Below, in pieces: positions 6,760-14,000 of a stretch of DNA of 64,000 nucleotides. Every line of letters begins with the position of its first letter. The first letter of the stretch is position 1. The translations under genes and the position numbers were made by a program. The notes under the pieces were generated by a model. The model was not told the DNA's origin. It searched no databases and was given only the letters and a program-made list of their open reading frames with translations. Origin of the DNA: Thermoleophilia bacterium (GTDB taxonomy: Bacteria > Actinomycetota > Thermoleophilia > UBA2241); assembly GCA_035686425.1 (NCBI GenBank), contig DASRZL010000154.1, positions 954-64,953 of the forward strand. The letters run 5' to 3'.

Positions 6760-8498
6760 ACGCACACCACCTCCAGCATGCCGTCGATCATCGCCTTGAT
6801 CTGGGCGTCGGTGTAGCCCTGCAGGTCGATCGCGTCCGACGGGCAGACGGGGACGCAGCCGCCGCAGCCCTTGCAGGCGGTGCGGGAGATCGTCGCGATC
6901 TCCTTGCCGCCCTCCTCTACCTTGGCGATGGCGTCGTAGGGACAGGTGAACTCGCAGGCGCCGCACCAGGTGCAGGCGTCGGCGTCGACGGTGGCGACGA
7001 GCGGGTCGAGCTCGGCGTAGCCGCGCTTGAGGATAGCGGCGCTCTGGGTCACCGCGGCGAGCCCGGAGGCAACCGACTCGGACGAGGTCTTGGGACTTTG
7101 GCAGGCGCCGCAGATGTAGGCGCCGTCCACGACCGTCTCGACCGGGCGCAGCTTGGGGTGGATCTCGTTGTAGAAGCCGCTCTGACCCACCGGCAGCTTG
7201 AGCGTCTTGGTCAGTCCCTCGTTCTCCCGTGGCACCATGCCGGTGACCAGGACGACCAGGTCGGCGGCGAGCGCGACCTCCTCGCCCTCTGACAGGAGGT
7301 CGCGGGCCGTCACCGTGACGCCGCCGGACTTCGCGTCCTTCTCGACCGCCGGCGGCTCGTCGTCGGGGAACTTGACGAACGCAGAGCCCTTCTCGAGCGC
7401 ATCGGCGTACAGAAGTTCGTACTTCCCGTAGGTCCGCATATCGCGGTAGAAGTGGTACTGGTGGACGCGCCCGGGCCGGGCATCGACCTGGGTCGCCGCG
7501 TGCACGGCTGCCGTGCAGCAGTAGCGCGAGCAGTAGGTGTTGGCGCCCTCCACGCTCTCGTTCTGGCGGCTGCCCACGCAGTAGATGTAAGCGACCGTCT
7601 TGACGGGCCGGCCGTTGTACTTGAGCGGCCCATCCGTCTCGTCGAGGAGCTTCTTGAAGTCGGCGATGGTGACGACGCCGTCGATGCCGTAGCCGAGCTC
7701 GCCCTCCTCCGGCTTGTAGGTATCGAAGCCGGTGGCGATGACGATGGAGCCCACGTCGACGGTGATCGTCTCGAGGCGCTCGCCGTTCGTGACGGCGATC
7801 GTCGCCTCGTAGTTGCCGAAGCTGCCGCTCTTGGCGACCAGCTCCGCGCTCGTGAACACGGTGATCGCCGGGTGCGAGCGCACCTTCTTCTCGAGCTTCG
7901 CTATCAGCTCGCGGCCGTTGCGGCCCTGCGGGAACATCTCGCGGAAGCCTGCGACCCAGCCGCCGAGCCTGGCCTCCTTCTCCGCGAGGAACACGTGGAG
8001 GCCGACCTCGGCGAGGCCGAGGGCGGCGCGCAGGCCTGCGACCCCGCCGCCCACCACGAGGCTCTTCGGCGTCGTCTCGACGACGATCGGCTCGAGCGGG
8101 TCGGTGAGGCGCGTGCGGTTGATGCCGGCGCGGACGAGCCGCACCGCCTTGTCGGTCGCGCCCTCATGGTCGTCGGTGTGCGTCCACGAGCACTGCTCGC
8201 GCACGTTCACCTGCGTGTACTGAAACGGGTTCATGCCCGCGCGCTTGGCGACGTCGCGGAACGTGAAGGTGTGGAGCTTGGGCGAGCAGGAGGCGATGAC
8301 GAGCCCGTCCAGGCCCTGCTCGCGCGCATCCTCGATGATCTCGGTCTGGGTCGCGTCCGAGCAGGTGAACATGGCCGTCTTTGCCACAGTGACTCCCTGC
8401 TCCTTCTCGACCTCGGCGACGACCTCGTTCACGTCGACGTAGTCGCCGATGTTGCCGCCGCATTGGCAGACGTAGACACCGATCTTGTCGGCGCTCAT
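6756..8498 (-). CDS. Fusion flavoprotein: an N-terminal MvhD-like domain, an HdrA-like FAD/FeS core and a C-terminal 2x[4Fe-4S] ferredoxin domain. It is QmoB-like but with the MvhD module at the N-terminus.
   Basis: The MvhD-like block is IGVYVCQCGGNIG...FTCSDATQ...DGLVIASCSPKLHTF...REQCSW. The FAD fingerprint is LVVGGGVAGLRAALGLAE. The HdrA signature is YCVGSRQNESVEGANTYCSRYCC. The C-terminal ferredoxin motifs are CTWCGACEFTCP and CKGCGGCVPVCP. Confidence 0.8.
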   Translation of the reverse strand: MSADKIGVYVCQCGGNIGDYVDVNEVVAEVEKEQGVTVAKTAMFTCSDATQTEIIEDAREQGLDGLVIASCSPKLHTFTFRDVAKRAGMNPFQYTQVNVREQCSWTHTDDHEGATDKAVRLVRAGINRTRLTDPLEPIVVETTPKSLVVGGGVAGLRAALGLAEVGLHVFLAEKEARLGGWVAGFREMFPQGRNGRELIAKLEKKVRSHPAITVFTSAELVAKSGSFGNYEATIAVTNGERLETITVDVGSIVIATGFDTYKPEEGELGYGIDGVVTIADFKKLLDETDGPLKYNGRPVKTVAYIYCVGSRQNESVEGANTYCSRYCCTAAVHAATQVDARPGRVHQYHFYRDMRTYGKYELLYADALEKGSAFVKFPDDEPPAVEKDAKSGGVTVTARDLLSEGEEVALAADLVVLVTGMVPRENEGLTKTLKLPVGQSGFYNEIHPKLRPVETVVDGAYICGACQSPKTSSESVASGLAAVTQSAAILKRGYAELDPLVATVDADACTWCGACEFTCPYDAIAKVEEGGKEIATISRTACKGCGGCVPVCPSDAIDLQGYTDAQIKAMIDGMLEVVCV

Positions 8499-11263
8499 GC
8501 CGTCACCTCCACGGTCGCGGCCTCACTGACGGCGACTTCCGCCGTCCCATGCGCCTTCTCGATGTGCGCGGCGGCCTGGGCGACCGCGGCGCCGGCGTGG
8601 AGGATCGAGTCGGGGATGTCCTTGACGCCCGAGGCCGAGCCGGCGACGAACACGCCGGGCAGGTTGGTGCGTCCGGGGTCCAGGTCCTCGTCGGCCTCGC
8701 CGACGTAGAAGTACTCGTCGAGGCCGAGGGCGCCGTCCTCGAAGAGCCCGGCGACCTGGGTGTTGGGCTGCACGCCGACGGCGAGGACGACCATGTCGTA
8801 CTCGGCCTCGACGATGCCGCCGTCGCCCTCGACGTCCTCGTAGCGGACGATGAGGTCGCCGTTGTCCTTCTCGGTGATCTTGGCGACGCGCCCCTTGATG
8901 AACATGGAGCCCATGTCCACGGCCTGCTTGTAGAACTCGTCGTAGCCTTTGCCCACCGCGCGCACGTCCATGTAGTGGACGGTCACATCGGCGAGCGGCA
9001 GGGCGCCCATGATCAGCTGGTTGTGCTTGATGGAGTACATGCAGCAGATGCGCGAGCACAGGGGGTTGCCCACCTGCGCGTCGCGAGAGCCGGTGCACAT
9101 GATGAAGCCGATGCGATCGGGGACCTTGCCGTCGCCGGGACGCACCACGGAGTTGAACGGGCGCGTCGGGGCGAGCAGGCGGTCCATCTGCATGCCGGTG
9201 ATGACGTTGGCGAACTTTCCGTAGCCGTATTCCGGCTTGGCGTCGGCGGGGAAGAGCTTGAAGCCGGTGGCGAGCACGACGGCGTCGACGTCGACCTCGA
9301 TCTCCTCTTCGCGCATGTCGAAGTCGATGCAGTCGGCCGGGCAGGCGTCCACGCACGCGTGGCACTCAGAGCACACGCCGCAGTCGAGGCAACGGGCGGC
9401 GCCGAGGAAGGCTTCATCCTCGGTCATCGGCGCCTCGGTCTCGTTGAAGTCGGTCGGCGCGGCGTTCATCGCGGCATGGGACTCGAACGGCTCACGCTGG
9501 TCGTAGACGTCCTGCCGCGCGAGCACGCTCTTCTTGTCGGCGACCGGGAGCGCCTCGTCGAACGCATCCGCGTCCAGGGCCTCGCCCTGGAGGAAGCGGT
9601 CGATCATGAAGGCCGCGCGGCGGCCTTGGCCGACGGCGGTCGTGATCATGCTCGGGCCGGTGACGACGTCGCCGGCGGCGAAGACGTGCGGAGCCGACGT
9701 CTGCAGCGTGCCCGCGTCGGCCTTCAGGGTCCGGCTTGGGTTGGCCTCAAGGCCGAAGGACTCGGTGTCGGCGCCCATGCCTGCGGCGACGATGACGAGG
9801 TCGCACTCCACCGTCTGCTGCTGGCTCTCGTCGTACTCGGGAGCAAACTTGCCCGAGGGGTCGAAGACGCAGGTGCAGACCTTGAGCACGGCGCCCTCGA
9901 CCTCACCCTCGCCGGTGAAGTGGTTGACGCCCCAGCCGTCGTGCAGCGTGATGCCCTCGGCCTTGGCCTCCTCGACCTCGAAGTCGTGGGCAGGCATGTC
10001 TTCGCAGCACTCGAGGCTGGCCTGGTGGACCTCGGCGGCGCCGAGACGACGCGCTGTGCGCGCCGCGTCGATGGCCACGTTGCCGCCGCCGACCACGAGG
10101 ACCTTGCGGGCGGAGAGATCGACGTTCTTGCCGAGCTTGACGTCGGCGAGGAAGGTGAGGGCGCTCATGACGCCGCCCTTGTCCTCGCCGGGCACGCGCA
10201 GCTGCACGGCCTTGTGTGTGCCCGTCGCCACGAGGACGGCGTCGAAGCCCTCGTCGGTGAGCTTGGCGGGATCGTCGACCCTGACGCCGGTCTCGATCTC
10301 GACGCCGATGCCGGTGACGTTGGCGATGTCGTCGTCGACGACGTCGTTGGGCAGGCGGTACGCGGGGATGCCGAGTGCCAGGAAGCCGCCGGCGCGCTCG
10401 GCCTTCTCAAGGATCTTGACGCCGTAGCCCTTGCGGGCGAGCTGCCAGGCGGCGGTGAGACCTGCTGGGCCCGAGCCCACGACGGCGACCTTCTTGCCGT
10501 TCTGCTCGGGCTTCTCCGCGGCCTTGGACTCCGCCTGGCCGTACCGCTTGTCGGCGATGAAGCGCTTGAGGCGACGTATCGGCAGCGGGCCTTCGAGCTC
10601 GCCGCGGGTGCACTCGCCCTCGCAGGGCGCGTAGCACGCGCGCCCGAGCGAGCCGACCAGCGGCGTCGTCTCGAGCACCAGGTCGAAGGCCTGGTCGTAC
10701 TCGCCGCTGCGCACGCGCGCGACGTACCCGTGCGCCTTGATGCCCGCCGGGCACTCGTAGGTGCACGGCGAGACGCCTTCGCGGCTGATGACTGCTTTCT
10801 TGGGCACCGCCTGCGGGAAGGCGATGAAGGCCGCCCGCCGCGACACCATGTCGGCGTTGTACTCGTCCGGCACGGCGACGTTGCAGGCCATCTCGCACTG
10901 GCGGCAGCCGGTGCAGGCGGCCTCGTCGATGAACTTGGGCTTCTGCTTGATCTTCGCGTGGTAGCCGGCGGGGCCGCTGCCGTTGCCGTCGCCGCCGTTG
11001 CCGCGGATCGCTTCGACCTCCGCGTACGTGAGCACGTCGATGTTGGGGTGATGGATGGTGGCGCCCATCTTGGGCGTGGAGATGCAGCTGGCGCAGTCGA
11101 GCGTGGGGAAGACCTTGCTGAGCAAGATCATCTTGCCGCCGACGCTCGGCTCCTTCTCGACGACGAGGACCTTGTAGCCCATGTCGCCGAGTTTGAGCGC
11201 CGATTCCATGCCGCCGATGCCGCTGCCGACGACGAGGGCATCGTACTTGCGCTTCTCGCTCAT
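8495..11263 (-). CDS. Large (922 aa) HdrA-like flavoprotein with an inserted GltD/NfnB/SudA-like NAD(P)H-binding FAD module and additional 4Fe-4S motifs.
   Basis: The N-terminal FAD fingerprint is YDALVVGSGIGGMESA. The FeS motifs are CTGCRQCEMAC and CLDCGVCSECHACVDACP. The GltD-like block is KKVAVVGSGPAGLTAAWQLARKGYGVKILEKAERAGGFLALGIPAYRLP. The HdrA signature is CTGSRDAQVGNPLCSRICC. The ATG at 11263 overlaps the upstream stop (ATGA). Confidence 0.8.
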   Translation of the reverse strand: MSEKRKYDALVVGSGIGGMESALKLGDMGYKVLVVEKEPSVGGKMILLSKVFPTLDCASCISTPKMGATIHHPNIDVLTYAEVEAIRGNGGDGNGSGPAGYHAKIKQKPKFIDEAACTGCRQCEMACNVAVPDEYNADMVSRRAAFIAFPQAVPKKAVISREGVSPCTYECPAGIKAHGYVARVRSGEYDQAFDLVLETTPLVGSLGRACYAPCEGECTRGELEGPLPIRRLKRFIADKRYGQAESKAAEKPEQNGKKVAVVGSGPAGLTAAWQLARKGYGVKILEKAERAGGFLALGIPAYRLPNDVVDDDIANVTGIGVEIETGVRVDDPAKLTDEGFDAVLVATGTHKAVQLRVPGEDKGGVMSALTFLADVKLGKNVDLSARKVLVVGGGNVAIDAARTARRLGAAEVHQASLECCEDMPAHDFEVEEAKAEGITLHDGWGVNHFTGEGEVEGAVLKVCTCVFDPSGKFAPEYDESQQQTVECDLVIVAAGMGADTESFGLEANPSRTLKADAGTLQTSAPHVFAAGDVVTGPSMITTAVGQGRRAAFMIDRFLQGEALDADAFDEALPVADKKSVLARQDVYDQREPFESHAAMNAAPTDFNETEAPMTEDEAFLGAARCLDCGVCSECHACVDACPADCIDFDMREEEIEVDVDAVVLATGFKLFPADAKPEYGYGKFANVITGMQMDRLLAPTRPFNSVVRPGDGKVPDRIGFIMCTGSRDAQVGNPLCSRICCMYSIKHNQLIMGALPLADVTVHYMDVRAVGKGYDEFYKQAVDMGSMFIKGRVAKITEKDNGDLIVRYEDVEGDGGIVEAEYDMVVLAVGVQPNTQVAGLFEDGALGLDEYFYVGEADEDLDPGRTNLPGVFVAGSASGVKDIPDSILHAGAAVAQAAAHIEKAHGTAEVAVSEAATVEVTA

Positions 11264-11697
11264 GATGCCGCCTTCCTGGCCGGTCCAAGGCCCGACAAGG
11301 AGGCCGCGTACTCGTGCATGTAGTTGGTGAAGGGCTCTGCGCAGACGGAGCAGACCGCGGCCATGCGCACGCGCTGCGGCTCAAGGCCCTTCTCGACGAG
11401 CATGTCTTGCGCGGTCTGCATGATGCCGGAGGTGCGCTCGGCGCAGTCCGGAAGATACGCGCACTCCTCGCCGTCGGCGGCGATGAAGACGCCGTCGAAG
11501 CCCTGCTCCATGGCGTACACGATCCAGCTGGGCTTGACCGCGCTCGTGCAGGGCAGGTTGATGACCATCACCTTGGGCGAATAGTGCATGTGCGAGCTGC
11601 CGGCCAGGTCGATGCCCGGATCCGAGATGTTGTTTGTGCTGAAGACCAGGATCCGCGGGTCGTAGGCTTGGCCTTCGGGTGTTTCAGCCGCGGTCAT
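11260..11697 (-). CDS. MvhD/FlxD-like small FeS protein. It is a divergent form lacking the N-terminal Cys pair.
   Basis: RILVFSTNNISDPGIDLAGSSHMHYSPKVMVINLPCTSAVKPSWIVYAMEQGFDGVFIAADGEECAYLPDC aligns to the MvhD core. The CCNWCSY position reads STNNISD. The start is at the internal ATG (11697), 2 nt after the tusA stop. Confidence 0.6.
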   Translation of the reverse strand: MTAAETPEGQAYDPRILVFSTNNISDPGIDLAGSSHMHYSPKVMVINLPCTSAVKPSWIVYAMEQGFDGVFIAADGEECAYLPDCAERTSGIMQTAQDMLVEKGLEPQRVRMAAVCSVCAEPFTNYMHEYAASLSGLGPARKAAS

Positions 11698-11699
11698 CG

Positions 11700-11951
11700 T
11701 CACTTCATCTTCTTGACGAAGAGGCGCATGTAGCCGGGCTCCTCGACGACGCCGAGGTACTCGTGACCCATCTTCTTGCTCCACGCGGGGAGGTCCTTGG
11801 TGGTGCCGCTGTCGGTGGCCTGGACTTCCATGATCCCACCGACGGTCACGCTGGGGATGCCCTTCTTGGCGGCAAGGATCGGGCCGGGGCAGCTGGTGCC
11901 GCGGGCGTCGACGATCTTCTCTGCCTGGATGGTGCTGAGGTCCTCTGACAT
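11700..11951 (-). CDS. tusA: TusA-family sulfur carrier protein (CPxP motif).
   Basis: MSEDLSTIQAEKIVDARGTSCPGPILAAKK... carries the conserved CPGP. AAGGAG lies 6 nt upstream of the ATG at 11951. The upstream 20 codons of the track ORF are excluded. Confidence 0.75.
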   Translation of the reverse strand: MSEDLSTIQAEKIVDARGTSCPGPILAAKKGIPSVTVGGIMEVQATDSGTTKDLPAWSKKMGHEYLGVVEEPGYMRLFVKKMK

Positions 11952-12048
11952 GGTGATCTCCTTCGTGACGGGACGGTGTCGTGACGCTTGTGCTTGTGCT
12001 TTCTTTCGCAAGCGATGGCCTGATGACGCGCCGTTGCCTGCTGGTCCA

Positions 12049-12486
12049 CTAGGTCGTGTCTTCTCTCCCCTGGCTCGTTGGCGTCGGACTCAAGGTCTGC
12101 GCTGCAGCCTGCTGCGCGGCGTCGAGGAACTCGGCCGCTTGCAGCGACTCGCCCTGGGCCTGGTGCTGCTCCACCAGCGCCTGGCGGATCAGGGCGCATG
12201 CCTCCATGAACTTCTGGTTCGTGACGCGGTAGTAGACGGTCTGCCCCTCCTTGCGCGACGCGACGAGCCGGCGCTCCTTGAGGACGCGGAGGTGCTGCGA
12301 CACGTTGTGCACCGAGATGCCGATCTCGGCGGCGATGTCGCCGACGCTCCGCTCGTCGCTGCAGACGGTGTGCAGGATCGCCTGGCGGTGCTCGTTGGCC
12401 AGGGCCCGGCAGAGTTCCGCGTGCATGCGAAAGAGGGGCTTCAGGTCCGGGGGCGAGGCCGTTTTGGTGTCATTGCGTATTTGCAT
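12049..12486 (-). CDS. ArsR/SmtB-family transcriptional regulator with conserved Cys residues. sHdrR/SoxR-like; it is the probable regulator of the downstream tusA-hdrA-qmoC cluster.
   Basis: The HTH region is ELCRALANEHRQAILHTVCSDERSVGDIAAEIGISVHNVSQHLRVLKERRLVASRKEGQTVYYRV. The gene lies immediately upstream of tusA on the same strand. It diverges from the plus-strand gene at 12591. Confidence 0.75.
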   Translation of the reverse strand: MQIRNDTKTASPPDLKPLFRMHAELCRALANEHRQAILHTVCSDERSVGDIAAEIGISVHNVSQHLRVLKERRLVASRKEGQTVYYRVTNQKFMEACALIRQALVEQHQAQGESLQAAEFLDAAQQAAAQTLSPTPTSQGREDTT

Positions 12487-12590
12487 ACTTGCTTATATAC
12501 GACATCTGATGACCAAGTGCAAGTCTTCACAAGAAGAGGACAAATGCAGTCCGCATCACTCCGCGTCTGGTGCGATAGGCTTGCCCGGCC
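12487..12590. promoter_or_regulatory. Divergent intergenic region between the arsR-like gene and the hexapeptide-repeat gene. It is locally AT-richer (GCTTATATAC) and carries the inverted repeat ACTTGC-N31-GCAAGT.
   Basis: Sequence inspection only. No experimentally defined motif is known. Confidence 0.3.
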
Positions 12591-13115
12591 ATGACCGTGA
12601 GCAGCTTCGAGGGTAAGACGCCGCGGGTCGGAGAAGGGTGCTGGGTGCACCCGTCGGCCGACGTCTTCGGCGATGTGCGGCTTGGCGCCCGCTGCTGGAT
12701 TGGGCCGGGCGCCCGCCTGCGCGGCGACTACGGCAGCATCGTCCTCGGCGACTGCTGCGCGGTGGAAGACAACGCCGTCGTGCACGCGCGTCCGGGGGAG
12801 ACCTGTGCGATCGGCTCATGGGTGACCCTCGGTCACGGCTGCGTGGTCCACAACGTGACCCTGCTCGGCGACTTCGCCGTGGTCGGCATGAGCGCGGTGG
12901 TCAGCGACTGGGCAGAGGTCGGGGAGTGGGCGGTCGTTGCGGAGGGCGCCGTGGTGCCGCAGCGCGCCGTGGTGCCGCCGGCGAGGATCGCCGCCGGAGT
13001 CCCGGCTCGCCTCCTCGACCGCGAGGTCGACGACGAGTACCGCGCGGTATGGCGTGGCTTCAAGCAGATGTACGTCGACCTCTGCGCCCGGTATCGCGAG
13101 GGCTTCGGGAGCTGA
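12591..13115 (+). CDS. Left-handed beta-helix hexapeptide-repeat protein (gamma-carbonic-anhydrase / PaaY / YrdA-like).
   Basis: The repeated hexapeptide pattern is VHPSADVFGDVRLGARCWIGPGARLRGDYGSIVLGDCCAVEDNAVVH... with the conserved His positions. Confidence 0.7.
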   Translation: MTVSSFEGKTPRVGEGCWVHPSADVFGDVRLGARCWIGPGARLRGDYGSIVLGDCCAVEDNAVVHARPGETCAIGSWVTLGHGCVVHNVTLLGDFAVVGMSAVVSDWAEVGEWAVVAEGAVVPQRAVVPPARIAAGVPARLLDREVDDEYRAVWRGFKQMYVDLCARYREGFGS

Positions 13116-13168
13116 CCGCCCACCTCTGCGGGGGTTCTGATCTGGATCCGGGCGGGGACGAGAAAGCC

Positions 13169-13843
13169 ATGACCTGCGTCGCCCTCTTCAGAGCGATCAA
13201 CGTCTCGGGCCGGAACAGGATCCCGATGGCCGACCTGCGCGGCTTGCTCGAGCAACTCGGGCTGCGGCACGTCCGCACACACCTGCAGAGCGGCAACGCT
13301 GTCTTCGACGCGGACGAGGGCTCTGCGCAGGAGCTTGCGACCGCGATCGAGGTGCGCATCGAGCGCGATCTGGGGCCGAGGGTCGGCGTGCTCGTCCTGC
13401 CGGCGGACGCGTTTGCGGCGGTCGTGGCGGCAAACCCCTTCCTCGGCGCCGCGGGCTCCGCCGGGCCGGACGCCGCCGCGGAGGTCGCCGACGAGTCCAC
13501 GCTGCACGCGACCTTCCTCTTCGGATCCCAAGGTGAGTCTGACTTCGGCGAGGCGCCGGAGGCGGCCTACAGCGCGGTCTACGAGGCCGCCTTCAGAAGG
13601 CTCGAGCTGCCTGCGGCCGAGGACGAGGAGGCGGCGTTCGTGGGCGTGCCGCCGCTGGCGGAGCCGGTGGTCTACCTGACGCTGCCGCACGGCTACGGAC
13701 GCACGAAGCTCAACAACGCCTTCTTCGAGCGCAAGCTGGGCGCGGCCGCGACCACGCGCAACTGGCGCACAGTGCGTGCGCTGGTGGAGATGAGCACCGC
13801 CGGCGGGGCGCTCTCCGGCGGTGCGGCTCTCGCCGACGAGTGA
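13169..13843 (+). CDS. DUF1697-family protein.
   Basis: MTCVALFRAINVSGRNRIPMADLRGLLEQLGLRHVRTHLQSGNAVFD is the characteristic DUF1697 start. The long Arg-rich N-terminal extension of the track ORF is rejected. Confidence 0.6.
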   Translation: MTCVALFRAINVSGRNRIPMADLRGLLEQLGLRHVRTHLQSGNAVFDADEGSAQELATAIEVRIERDLGPRVGVLVLPADAFAAVVAANPFLGAAGSAGPDAAAEVADESTLHATFLFGSQGESDFGEAPEAAYSAVYEAAFRRLELPAAEDEEAAFVGVPPLAEPVVYLTLPHGYGRTKLNNAFFERKLGAAATTRNWRTVRALVEMSTAGGALSGGAALADE

Positions 13844-14000
13844 ACGGGGAGTGCAGCCTGCCTGCTCGCTGTCCGGCCTGCGGTCATTTCCGCAGCGGCC
13901 TTCCGTACGATCGGCTGGGTCGCGCCCTCGAGCGTCGGCGTGCCCGGCGAGATGCGCCCTGGGGCGCCCTCGGACCCTGTGCGGATGAGATACTCGACAC

